NCBI GenBank assembly: GCA_023260395.1 | Contig: JALQVI010000001.1 | Span: 3,692-67,691, forward strand | Length of the DNA: 64,000 nucleotides | Reading direction: 5' to 3' | Origin: Candidatus Nanopelagicales bacterium | GTDB taxonomy: Bacteria; Actinomycetota; Actinomycetes; S36-B12; UBA5976 | Shown: one piece after another, positions 28,661 to 39,774 of the stretch | Position numbering within the stretch: the first letter of the stretch is position 1 | Layout: every line of letters begins with the position of its first letter | The notes under the pieces: model-generated | Database searches by the model: none | What the model was told of the DNA's origin: nothing | Seen by the model: the letters and a program-made list of their open reading frames with translations, nothing else | Program-made: the position numbers and the translations under genes

Positions 28661-29641
28661 ATGTCGCAGAGCACTTCATCGCCTACTGAAACGCATCACG
28701 TGAAGTTCAGCCACATCGCGTTGACGTTCGTAGCATCGGTAATCGTTAGCGCTCAATCCAGCGTGAACGCCGAGATGAATAAGCTGACAAACAACCCGCT
28801 TGTTACATCCTTGACAGTATTTGTTACGGGACTCGTAGTTTTGCTTGTCGTTATGGCGACCAAGAAATCAATTCGCACAGCATTCGCGTCTGTCCCAGGA
28901 CTCGTTCGAGCTGGTGAATTGAAATGGTGGTACTTGCTCGGTGGACTTTCCGGCGCAACATTCGTGGCTGTGCAAAGCAAACTGGTCGAAGCTACTGGCG
29001 TAGCGATTTTCACCGTTGCTGCTGTCGCTGGACAAACCTCGGGCGCATTGTTCGTGGACAAGTTCGGCATTGGTCCAGCCGGCAAACAAGCCATCACGTT
29101 AGGTCGCATCGCCTCCGCGGCACTTGGTGTCATCGGTGTGGTGATTTCAGTTTCTGGATCGTCGTCCAATAACGGAATTGCGATTGGTGGAATCATCGCA
29201 ACATTTGGTGCTGGACTTTTTGTTTCAACTCAGCCTGCGCTCAATGGCCAAGTCGCAATGAAGAGCGGCGAACCTGTTGCAGCGACAACGATCAACTTCA
29301 TTGTTGGTCTTTCGTTGATCACTGTTGTTTTTGTCGCAACCATGATTTTGGGTACCAGCGAATATTCGATGCCGCCTGCACCGTGGCAGAACCCACTCGT
29401 ATGGCTTGGTGGACCTGCAGGTGTGTTCTTTGTCTTGACCGCGGCCAAAATGGCTCGCGCACTTGGAGTTTTTGTTTTCACCTTGACCTCGGTGTTGGGA
29501 CAACTCAGCGGCGCAATTTTGTTGGACGTTCTTTTCCCGACCGCGGCCACGGACCTCTCGTGGCAGCTTTTCCTGGGCGTTGCGATTACTGGCTCGGCCG
29601 TTGTGATGGCGAGCCTGACGTCAAAACCTCGCTCAAAATAG
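28661..29641 (+). CDS. DMT-superfamily transporter with duplicated DUF606 (YdcZ-like) halves
   Basis: 326 aa, 10 TM. Repeated motifs AVAGQTSGALFVDKFG and SVLGQLSGAILLDVLF. Confidence 0.65.
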   Translation: MSQSTSSPTETHHVKFSHIALTFVASVIVSAQSSVNAEMNKLTNNPLVTSLTVFVTGLVVLLVVMATKKSIRTAFASVPGLVRAGELKWWYLLGGLSGATFVAVQSKLVEATGVAIFTVAAVAGQTSGALFVDKFGIGPAGKQAITLGRIASAALGVIGVVISVSGSSSNNGIAIGGIIATFGAGLFVSTQPALNGQVAMKSGEPVAATTINFIVGLSLITVVFVATMILGTSEYSMPPAPWQNPLVWLGGPAGVFFVLTAAKMARALGVFVFTLTSVLGQLSGAILLDVLFPTAATDLSWQLFLGVAITGSAVVMASLTSKPRSK

Positions 29642-29745
29642 GCTTTTTTCGAACAATCTGAGTCCACTGCACACCAAGATGCAAACGACTTGCAATTAGT
29701 CCTACGCGCCTTTTTTAATGCGTCCAACTCCATTACTTTTGCTAC

Positions 29746-29832
29746 ATGTCCCGCGGATCACTTCTGACTAAGCGCCGAGTCGTTGACTTTGGCCGCATGT
29801 CGTCGTCATCCATGTGTCGTCGTACTAACTAA
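29746..29832 (+). CDS. 28-codon sORF, candidate leader peptide of the downstream sulfur operon
   Basis: Translates to MSRGSLLTKRRVVDFGRMSSSSMCRRTN*. TACTTT (TANNNT) ends 6 nt before the ATG, so it looks leaderless. It lies 50 nt upstream of the DUF4395 start inside a 240-nt gap. No homology check was possible. Confidence 0.35.
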   Translation: MSRGSLLTKRRVVDFGRMSSSSMCRRTN

Positions 29833-29882
29833 TAGTGCAATCGGTGCGCCAGGCGCGGACCCCAGACGACAAAAGGAAATCC

Positions 29883-30308
29883 ATGAGCAAGCAAATTGAC
29901 CCACGTGGCCCACGCTTTGGCGCTGCCATTACAACTGTGGTGCTCGCTGTAATTTTGCTGACCATTCCAACGTCGATAGCAACTGTTTTGCTCGCAATTC
30001 AAACCGCGGTGTTTGGTATCGGTGCGTTCGTTGGATTACATGCTCATCCATACGGCTTGATCTACAAAAAGTTCGTTGCTTCTCGCTTGCAGCCACCAAC
30101 TGAACTCGAAGCCGTTGAGCCGCCAACATTCGCGCAGCTCGTTGGATTTCTTTTCGCAGTCACTGGACTCATTGCACTACTTGCTGGCGCGAACCTCGTT
30201 GCCACGATCGCCGTTGGCTTTGCACTTGCCGCCGCTTTCTTGAATGCCGCATTCGGCATTTGCTTGGGCTGCGAAATGTATGTCATCGGCAAGCGAATCT
30301 TTTCGTAA
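29883..30308 (+). CDS. DUF4395-family membrane protein
   Basis: ATG at 29883 follows AAAGGAAA. Sequence begins MSKQIDPRGPRFGAAITTVVL, has 4 TM segments and ends in FGICLGCEMY. Typical partner of actinobacterial rhodanese genes. Confidence 0.7.
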   Translation: MSKQIDPRGPRFGAAITTVVLAVILLTIPTSIATVLLAIQTAVFGIGAFVGLHAHPYGLIYKKFVASRLQPPTELEAVEPPTFAQLVGFLFAVTGLIALLAGANLVATIAVGFALAAAFLNAAFGICLGCEMYVIGKRIFS

Positions 30309-30347
30309 CACCACAACTACTTAAAAACACATAACAAGGAGAAACAC

Positions 30348-31196
30348 ATGAGCCGCAACGAAGTACTCGTTGACTCGGAATGGGCATTAGCTCACCTCGA
30401 TGACCCAAAGGTCGTTTTCGTTGAAGTTGACGAAGATGCAGATGCCTATAGCGTCAACCACATTCGTGGTGCAGTTGGTCTGAACTGGCGCGTTGATTTG
30501 CAGGACGGCCTTCGCCGCGACGTCATCAGCAAGGCTGGTCTTGAAAAGCTTCTTTCCGAAAAGGGCATCAGCAACGATGACACCATCGTTCTATACGGTG
30601 GCAACAACAACTGGTTTGCTGCATATGCCTATTGGTACCTCAAGCTTTACGGTCACCAGGATGTTCGTTTGCTCGATGGTGGTCGCAAGAAGTGGGAACT
30701 CGATGGACTAGAACTAGTCAGCGATGCAACCGTTCGTCCAGCAACAACATATGTTGCCAAGGAACAAGATCGTTCACTTCGCGCATTCCGCGATGACGTC
30801 GTTAACGCCATTGGTGTACAGAACCTCGTTGACGTTCGCTCCCCAGATGAGTACGCCGGCCGCCTATTGGCACCAGCACACTTGCCACAGGAAACTTCAC
30901 AGGTTCCGGGCCACATCCCAACCGCAGCGAGCATCCCATGGAGCAAGGCTGCTAACGAAGATGGCACCTTCAAGTCTGACGAAGAACTCAAGGCACTTTA
31001 CGAAGGCGCTGGCGTTGACCTGAACAAGGACACCATTGCGTACTGCCGTATCGGTGAGCGTTCATCACACTCATGGTTCGTCCTTCGCGAACTCTTGGGC
31101 ATCAAGAACGTACGCAACTACGACGGTTCATGGACCGAATATGGTTCATTGATCGGTGTTCCAGTTGCTCTCGGTGATGAGCCAGGCACAGCATGA
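30348..31196 (+). CDS. sseA: thiosulfate/3-mercaptopyruvate sulfurtransferase (two rhodanese domains)
   Basis: 282 aa. Active-site loop is YCRIGERSSHSWFVL, and NYDGSWTEYG lies near the C-terminus. Equivalent to mycobacterial CysA2/SseA. Confidence 0.88.
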   Translation: MSRNEVLVDSEWALAHLDDPKVVFVEVDEDADAYSVNHIRGAVGLNWRVDLQDGLRRDVISKAGLEKLLSEKGISNDDTIVLYGGNNNWFAAYAYWYLKLYGHQDVRLLDGGRKKWELDGLELVSDATVRPATTYVAKEQDRSLRAFRDDVVNAIGVQNLVDVRSPDEYAGRLLAPAHLPQETSQVPGHIPTAASIPWSKAANEDGTFKSDEELKALYEGAGVDLNKDTIAYCRIGERSSHSWFVLRELLGIKNVRNYDGSWTEYGSLIGVPVALGDEPGTA

Positions 31197-31495
31197 GTAG
31201 CTGTGGCGCAGTAGTCGGCGGTGTATCGCTGGACAACGTAGATGTAACAACTCAGGCTGTCATCCAGGGCGTTGTGACCAAAGGTGGCCAGCCAGCCAAC
31301 ATTGGCTACAACCGTCTTCATGACCGCAATGATGAGTTCGTCGCTGAAGTGCCACTGAACTCAAAGGGCGAATTCCGCTTCTTTGCCGGCCCTGGCGACT
31401 GGATTGTGGTCACGTTGGTGCCCGGTGGGGTAGTTCGCACTCAGGTCTCTGCCGAACTTGGCAAGATCGCGGACTTGGACATCTCGGTCGACTAG
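31193..31495 (+). CDS. DUF1416 protein (SseC-like)
   Basis: 100 aa. ATGA overlap with the rhodanese gene. GEFRFFAGPGDWIVVTL resembles mycobacterial SseC2. Confidence 0.75.
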   Translation: MSSCGAVVGGVSLDNVDVTTQAVIQGVVTKGGQPANIGYNRLHDRNDEFVAEVPLNSKGEFRFFAGPGDWIVVTLVPGGVVRTQVSAELGKIADLDISVD

Positions 31496-31521
31496 ATCGC
31501 AATCAAAACCTCTCATTCTTT

Positions 31522-31560
31522 GGGGGCTGGCATCTGTGCGGTGCCAGCCCCCATCGTTTT
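31522..31560 (+). terminator. rho-independent terminator of the sulfur operon
   Basis: Perfect 11-bp stem GGGGGCTGGCA/TGCCAGCCCCC (31522-31532 and 31542-31552) with a 9-nt loop, followed by ATCGTTTT. Confidence 0.85.
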
Positions 31561-31663
31561 GCCATCCGGCAACATTGGGCCGGTCAATATCTGGCACAAT
31601 AGGAACGCGGGCAACGGCGCCCTAAGCCCTCTCTAGCCCATCTCTTAAAGGAGTCGACAGGCC

Positions 31664-32689
<1,026 letters not shown>

Positions 32690-32709
32690 TCATTCACAAA
32701 ACTAGGTAA

Positions 32710-34011
<1,302 letters not shown>

Positions 34012-34030
34012 TCTGCGCTAGCGTTGGCTC

Positions 34031-34792
34031 ATGCATATGGACTTTGAGCTCAATGACCTTGGTGACCCTGTTGGCTTGCCGATGGAACCTCGTGATACGC
34101 CGCGTTTGCCAGACCGTGCTGTAGTTCTCGAAGGCAATTACTGCCGTCTAGAACCGCTCGATGCCGACAAGCATGTTGCAGACCTGTTCGCTGGATACCA
34201 GTTGGATACCACCGGACAATTGTGGACCTACATTCCTAATGGCCCGTACTCAAACGAAGCCGAGTTAATGGAATGGGCGAAAAACGCACAGAGCAAGTCG
34301 GATCCGTTCTTTTACGCGATCATCGACAAGAAGACTGGCAAAGCCGTTGGAATCGCGTCGTATTTGCGCATCGATCCTGTCAATCATTCAATTGAAGTTG
34401 GTTGGATTACTTACACGCCATTGATGCAACGCTCGCCGATTTCGACAGAGGCTATGTATTTGATGATGGCTCATGCATTCGCGATGGGTTACCGCCGTTA
34501 CGAATGGAAGTGCAATGCACTTAATCAACCATCGATCAATGCTGCAATGCGTTTGGGAATGACCTTCGAAGGATTCTTCCGTCAAATGGCCATGCCAAAG
34601 GGTCGCAATCGCGACACCGCATGGTTCGCCATCATCGATAAGGATTGGCCGACTGCAAAGGCAGCCTTTGAAACGTGGCTCGCGCCAGAAAACTTCGATT
34701 CCGAAGGCAATCAAAAGCAGCGTCTTTCTGATTTAACCGCTCCTGTGGTTTACGACCGCTGGCCAACATTGACAGTCCGAACTAGCAATTAA
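34031..34792 (+). CDS. GNAT-family N-acetyltransferase (RimJ/RimL-like)
   Basis: 253 aa. GNAT core is IEVGWITYTPLMQRSPISTEAMYLMMAHAFAMGYRRYEWKCNALNQPSINAAMRLGMTFEG. The start could be 34031 or 34037. Confidence 0.7.
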   Translation: MHMDFELNDLGDPVGLPMEPRDTPRLPDRAVVLEGNYCRLEPLDADKHVADLFAGYQLDTTGQLWTYIPNGPYSNEAELMEWAKNAQSKSDPFFYAIIDKKTGKAVGIASYLRIDPVNHSIEVGWITYTPLMQRSPISTEAMYLMMAHAFAMGYRRYEWKCNALNQPSINAAMRLGMTFEGFFRQMAMPKGRNRDTAWFAIIDKDWPTAKAAFETWLAPENFDSEGNQKQRLSDLTAPVVYDRWPTLTVRTSN

Positions 34793-34799
34793 TCGACTC

Positions 34800-34848
34800 A
34801 TCGCTGTGGGGTTTCTCGTGCTACGAGAGGCCCCACAGCGATTTTGTT
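34800..34848 (+). terminator. rho-independent terminator
   Basis: ATCGCTGTGGGG...CCCCACAGCGAT forms a 12-bp outer stem (34800-34811 and 34831-34842). An inner TCTCG/CGAGA stem lies within it. Followed by TTTTGTT. Confidence 0.85.
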
Positions 34849-34947
34849 ATATGAGTTACACGCGAGATTGCTTGTTCCCCAGACTGCCGCCACAGATTGT
34901 CTGACAAGGCGTAACATTGGGCTATTAACGTCGAAGGAGACTTTGCC

Positions 34948-36294
34948 ATGTTCACACCAGATCCAGCTCGCGGCCAAGAGGTATACGACCTCGACCGCGC
35001 TCACGTATTCCATTCATGGAGTGCACAAGCTGCATTAAAGCCATTCAACCCAGCAGGTGCTGAAGGCTCATATGTATGGGATTGGGAAGGCAAGCGTTAC
35101 CTCGATTTCTCAAGCCAGTTGGTAAACACCAACATTGGCCACCAGCACCCTAAGGTCATTGCTGCAATTCAGGAGCAGGCTGGCAAGCTAGCCACGATTG
35201 CACCACAGCATGCCAACGAAGCTCGTGGCGAAGCTGCAAAGCGCATCGTGGAAATCGCTCCAGACGGTTTCAACAAGGTGTTCTTTACCAACGGTGGCGC
35301 GGATGCAATTGAAAACGCCATTCGTATGGCTCGTTTGCACACAGGCAAAAACAAGATTCTTTCGTTCTACCGTTCGTACCATGGCAACACCGGTTCAGCC
35401 ATTGTGGCAACTGGTGATCCACGTCGTTGGCCAAACGAGCATTCCGATGGCCACGTGCACTTCTTTGGACCACACCTTTACCGTTCCAGCTTCTGGTCAG
35501 AAACTCAAGAACAAGAATCCGAGCGCGCGCTTGCTCACCTCGGTGAAGTAATCAAGTACGAAGGCGGCACAACCATCGCCGCAATCTTGATCGAATCAGT
35601 CGTTGGTACCGCCGGTGTTCTGGTTCCACCACCGGGCTACATGCAAGGTCTTCGCGAACTCTGCGACAAGAACGGCATCATGTTGATTCTTGACGAAGTT
35701 ATGTCGGGCTTTGGCCGCACAGGTGAATGGCTTGCGCTTGATCACTTTGGTGTGAAGCCAGACTTGATCACTTTCGCCAAGGGTTCAAACAGCGGCTATG
35801 TTCCAGTTGGTGGCGTCATCATCAGCGACCCAATCGCAGCAACTTTCGATGAGCGCGTATTCCCAGGTGGACTCACATACTCAGGTCACCCATTAGCCGC
35901 AGCATCAATTGTTGCCACCATCGACACCATGCGTGAAGAGAAGGTTGTTGAAAACTCCAAGCACATTGGCGAAACCATTCTTGGTCCTGGCCTTGCTGCA
36001 TTGCAGGAACGTCACCAAATCATCGGTGAAGTTCGTGGCCTTGGAACTTTCTGGGCAGTTGATTTGGTCAGCGATCGCGCTACCAAGGAAATGCTTGCAC
36101 CTTACGGTGGCACATCGCCAGCCATGACTGAATTGGTTACGGAATGCCGCAAGCGTGGCTTGTTGCCATTTACAAACTACAACCGCATCCACGTTGTCCC
36201 ACCGTGCAACGTTTCTGAGGCAGATGCCAAGGAAGGCCTTGCAATTTTGGACGAAGTATTTGCCGGACTCGGCAAGTACTACACCGGCAAGTAA
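34948..36294 (+). CDS. class-III (omega) aminotransferase
   Basis: 448 aa. Motifs LILDEVMSGFGRTG and the PLP-lysine context DLITFAKGSNSGYVP. Substrate unknown. Confidence 0.85.
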   Translation: MFTPDPARGQEVYDLDRAHVFHSWSAQAALKPFNPAGAEGSYVWDWEGKRYLDFSSQLVNTNIGHQHPKVIAAIQEQAGKLATIAPQHANEARGEAAKRIVEIAPDGFNKVFFTNGGADAIENAIRMARLHTGKNKILSFYRSYHGNTGSAIVATGDPRRWPNEHSDGHVHFFGPHLYRSSFWSETQEQESERALAHLGEVIKYEGGTTIAAILIESVVGTAGVLVPPPGYMQGLRELCDKNGIMLILDEVMSGFGRTGEWLALDHFGVKPDLITFAKGSNSGYVPVGGVIISDPIAATFDERVFPGGLTYSGHPLAAASIVATIDTMREEKVVENSKHIGETILGPGLAALQERHQIIGEVRGLGTFWAVDLVSDRATKEMLAPYGGTSPAMTELVTECRKRGLLPFTNYNRIHVVPPCNVSEADAKEGLAILDEVFAGLGKYYTGK

Positions 36295-36536
36295 TGTCGG
36301 CGTTTCTTAGCTACACGCTCGCGCGTCTAGGACTTTTGGTCCTAGCGCTCGGGCTTGGCTATGTCGCTGGGTTACGCGGACCATTGCTGCTCGTCTTGGC
36401 GTTCTTGGGTTCAGGTGTGATTTCTTTTTTCATGTTGAACAAACAACGCTCCAACATGGGTGGCAAAGTCGCAGGTTTCTTCACTTCGATTAACAATCGA
36501 ATTGATGCAAACACTCGAAAAGAAGACGTGGACTAA
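36294..36536 (+). CDS. DUF4229-like small membrane protein
   Basis: 80 aa with two TM helices (LARLGLLVLALGLGYVAG, LLLVLAFLGSGVISFFML). TAATG coupling to the aminotransferase. Confidence 0.55.
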   Translation: MSAFLSYTLARLGLLVLALGLGYVAGLRGPLLLVLAFLGSGVISFFMLNKQRSNMGGKVAGFFTSINNRIDANTRKEDVD

Positions 36537-36551
36537 CTCAATTCACTCTTG

Positions 36552-36583
36552 AGAAGGCGCTGACCGTTTGGTCAGCGCCTTCT
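36552..36583 (+). terminator. rho-independent terminator between convergent genes
   Basis: Perfect 14-bp stem AGAAGGCGCTGACC/GGTCAGCGCCTTCT with a GTTT loop, followed by TATTT. The right arm touches the menA stop codon. Confidence 0.85.
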
Positions 36584-37473
36584 TATTTGATTGGGCTTGC
36601 GCTGATTCCAACGGCCAATGACAGTGAAAAGAGCAACAGCATTTTTCCTGTGGCTGCAAGTACCGGAATCAGGTCTGGGCCCGTTGCGCCATTTTGAACG
36701 GCCATCAATGGTCGACGTGCAGTCAAAAGGGTAGCTAGCGAAATGTAGGCAAACTCAGGTCCGTCGGCTAGCGAAGACAAAATTACTGGCATTGCGTAGG
36801 CGATGAGGATGAGCGTGCGATACAACTCGCGAGTACCGCGATCACCTAATCGAACTGCGAGTGTCTTTTTGCCAACAAGTTCATCGCCGGCACGGTCACG
36901 TAAATTATTCGTCACCAAAATTGCGCATGACAATGCGCCACACGAAATGCCACCCAGCAATGCAAACAGTGAAATGTTTCCGGTTTGACTTGCGGTGGTT
37001 CCAACGACGGCAACTAAACCAAAAAAAACGAAAACGAAAATTTCGCCAAAGCCTTTGTAGCCGTAAGGATTCTTGCCACCGGTATAGAACCAACCTGCGG
37101 CAACAGATGCGATTCCTACTGGGATGAGTAGCCAAAAACCAGAGATAACGACCATGAGCAATCCGGCAACAGCACCTGTTGCATAGGAAAGTAGAGCAGC
37201 GCGCTTAACGGCGTCTGGCGATGCCAGTCCTTGGCCGACCAAGCGAATTGGGCCAACGCGTTCTGCATCAGTGCCGCGAATCCCGTCGCTGTAGTCATTT
37301 GAATAATTCACGCCGATTTGAAATGCCAAAGCCACAATGAGGGCCATCAATGCGACGACTGGGCGAAAGCTCTGCTCGTAATAGGCGATTGATGTTCCAA
37401 CGACAACCGGTGCAACAGCCGCAGGTAACGTCTTGGGGCGTGCGCCGGCAATCCACTCTTCACGTGATGTCAT
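36583..37473 (-). CDS. menA: 1,4-dihydroxy-2-naphthoate polyprenyltransferase
   Basis: 296 aa UbiA-family membrane protein. Motifs NYSNDYSDGIRGTD and NNLRDRAGD. Confidence 0.9.
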   Translation of the reverse strand: MTSREEWIAGARPKTLPAAVAPVVVGTSIAYYEQSFRPVVALMALIVALAFQIGVNYSNDYSDGIRGTDAERVGPIRLVGQGLASPDAVKRAALLSYATGAVAGLLMVVISGFWLLIPVGIASVAAGWFYTGGKNPYGYKGFGEIFVFVFFGLVAVVGTTASQTGNISLFALLGGISCGALSCAILVTNNLRDRAGDELVGKKTLAVRLGDRGTRELYRTLILIAYAMPVILSSLADGPEFAYISLATLLTARRPLMAVQNGATGPDLIPVLAATGKMLLLFSLSLAVGISASPIK

Positions 37474-37481
37474 GAAAATTC

Positions 37482-38777
37482 CTATTCAGCATTTCCAGGG
37501 TGGCGTACGCGCCCCTGTTCAATATCTTTTGCAGCTTGTAGCCGCAAACTTAGACGGTCAATCTTCCCACTATCGAGCATAGGAAGTTGATCAACGTAAT
37601 GAACGCTGCGTGGCGTTGCTGCTTTGCCGATGCGGTTCGAGACGACATCTTTGATTTGCATGGTTAACGCGTCGGTATCGGTATCTATCGAGCGAAGCAC
37701 AACATAAGCAAGTGGTAATGAACCCCACAGCGGGTCAGTAACGTCAATGACAGCTACATCTTCAATCAAAGGATGATGGCGAATTGCGGCTTCGACAGCG
37801 GATAGGGCAACGTTCACGCCACCGACAATCACAATGTCATCGAGGCGACCGAGAACATGCAGTAAACCTGAACTGTCTAACTTGCCGACATCATGCGTCA
37901 TCATGCGGCCATCGATAAATGTGAGTGCATCCAGGTCAGGGCGAAGTCGGTAGCCGGAAGCAAGTACAGGACCGGAAATCGAAATTCGGCCAGGTTCAAT
38001 ATCGTCTTGAGTGCCCAGTGAAATCGAAACATTATCGAGCGGTAAACCATCAAAGGAAACGCCACCACAGGTTTCGCTCATGCCATAGGACACAACAACG
38101 TTGATGCCGTACGAACGAAGTTGCTCGAGTAGTGGCTGTGGTGTTGCCGCCGCTCCACTGAGAACGACTTCGTATGACTGCAAAGCTTCGATGCCGACGC
38201 TACCTGCTTCGAGTAGGCGGGCAATTTGAGTGGGGACGAGCGACACCATCAGCGGTCGACCGTCGGCATCACTTTGTCGCTTTGCTTTCAATGTGGTCGC
38301 AGCAAAAGTTGGCGCCGTGAATTGACGCGCACCGCCTGTCGAAGGATCAACCTCAAATGGATTGCCATAAAGGTGTGCGCGAACCAAAACCATAATTCCA
38401 GCAATGCGATGCATCGGCATCGACACAACCCAACGTGCATCTGTTCCAAATCGGTTGGCGAATGCCGTCGCGCTTGCGTGCAGTGCTTGCTGTGACAACA
38501 ACACTCCACGAGGTGCACCGGTTGAACCCGAGGTGGAAACTACGAGCGCGATGTCATTGGATTCAAGCGGGAGCGACGAGTCATCAGGCTTGATGGACTC
38601 CAAGAGGGAAGCGACAAGCTGTGGTGGGCCTTCGGGAAATGGCGCGATTGCTGGGCCGGAGCCATCTAGCGCTGCCGGCAAGGCAGATTGCATTCGGCTT
38701 ACGCCACCAAGCCCCGCAGGGATGGTTAATGCTGTAAGAGTGCGCGGAATTGCGCCAAGTGTGTCGAATGCAGTCAT
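37482..38777 (-). CDS. menE: o-succinylbenzoate--CoA ligase
   Basis: 431 aa. AMP-binding motif is VSTSGSTGAPRGV, with SYGMSETCGG also present. Context is between menA and menB. Confidence 0.8.
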   Translation of the reverse strand: MTAFDTLGAIPRTLTALTIPAGLGGVSRMQSALPAALDGSGPAIAPFPEGPPQLVASLLESIKPDDSSLPLESNDIALVVSTSGSTGAPRGVLLSQQALHASATAFANRFGTDARWVVSMPMHRIAGIMVLVRAHLYGNPFEVDPSTGGARQFTAPTFAATTLKAKRQSDADGRPLMVSLVPTQIARLLEAGSVGIEALQSYEVVLSGAAATPQPLLEQLRSYGINVVVSYGMSETCGGVSFDGLPLDNVSISLGTQDDIEPGRISISGPVLASGYRLRPDLDALTFIDGRMMTHDVGKLDSSGLLHVLGRLDDIVIVGGVNVALSAVEAAIRHHPLIEDVAVIDVTDPLWGSLPLAYVVLRSIDTDTDALTMQIKDVVSNRIGKAATPRSVHYVDQLPMLDSGKIDRLSLRLQAAKDIEQGRVRHPGNAE

Positions 38778-38829
38778 CGCTACTAGCCTAGAACCCTAAT
38801 AGCAATGCCCACTTCACGTAAGGTCTGTT

Positions 38830-39762
38830 ATGGATACCCGAAACCGTTACCCGCTCCCTCCCGTTGTGGCCGAAGACAGCCCAGCATTCAAGGATCCGAG
38901 CCATTCATCGATTACACCTGCCTGTGAGTGGGTCAATATCGGTGACTACGGCGACATCAAACTTGAGCTTTCGGCCGGTGATGATGCAGGCATCGCAAAA
39001 ATCACGATTAACCGTCCAGAAAAGCGCAATGCTTTCCGTCCGCAGACCGTCAAAGAGATGCTGCACGCTTTTGATGTTGTGCGTGACGATCCAGCTATTG
39101 GCGCGGTCATTCTTACTGGCCAGGGCGATTGGGCCTTCTGCAGCGGCGGCGACCAAATGATTCGTGGCGATGACGGTTACATCGGTGATGACGCTGTGGC
39201 CGAAGCTGGCGTTGGTCGTTTGAACGTGCTTGATCTACAGATTGCTATTCGTCGAATTCCAAAGCCAGTTGTTGCGATGGTTGCCGGCTACTCAATCGGC
39301 GGCGGTCACGTATTGCACGTCGTGTGTGACCTTTCTATTGCGGCCGATAACGCTCGCTTTGGTCAGACCGGACCTAAGGTCGGTTCCTTCGATGGTGGTT
39401 ACGGTTCTGGTCTACTTGCCCGCACAATTGGCCAGAAGCGCTCACGTGAAGTGTGGTACTTGTGTGAGCAGTACGGCGCGGAACAGGCATACGACTGGGG
39501 CTTGGTCAACCAAGTCGTGCCAATCGAAGATCTTGAAATTGAAACTGTTCGCTGGTGCAATCGCATGTTGTCGTTGTCGCCACTCGCGCTTCGTATGTTG
39601 AAGGCTTCGCACAACGCTGCCGATGACGGCCTTGCTGGTGTACAGCAACTTGCTGGCGATGCAACGCTGTTGTTCTACATGTCCGAAGAAGGACAAGAAG
39701 GACGCAACGCATACAAGGAACGTCGCGCTCCGGATTTCTCGAAGTATCCAAAGCGTCCGTAA
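38830..39762 (+). CDS. menB: 1,4-dihydroxy-2-naphthoyl-CoA synthase
   Basis: 310 aa crotonase fold. Motifs [23 protein letters not shown] and [11 protein letters not shown]. Confidence 0.93.
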   Translation: MDTRNRYPLPPVVAEDSPAFKDPSHSSITPACEWVNIGDYGDIKLELSAGDDAGIAKITINRPEKRNAFRPQTVKEMLHAFDVVRDDPAIGAVILTGQGDWAFCSGGDQMIRGDDGYIGDDAVAEAGVGRLNVLDLQIAIRRIPKPVVAMVAGYSIGGGHVLHVVCDLSIAADNARFGQTGPKVGSFDGGYGSGLLARTIGQKRSREVWYLCEQYGAEQAYDWGLVNQVVPIEDLEIETVRWCNRMLSLSPLALRMLKASHNAADDGLAGVQQLAGDATLLFYMSEEGQEGRNAYKERRAPDFSKYPKRP

Positions 39763-39774
39763 CTTTTCATTCAC

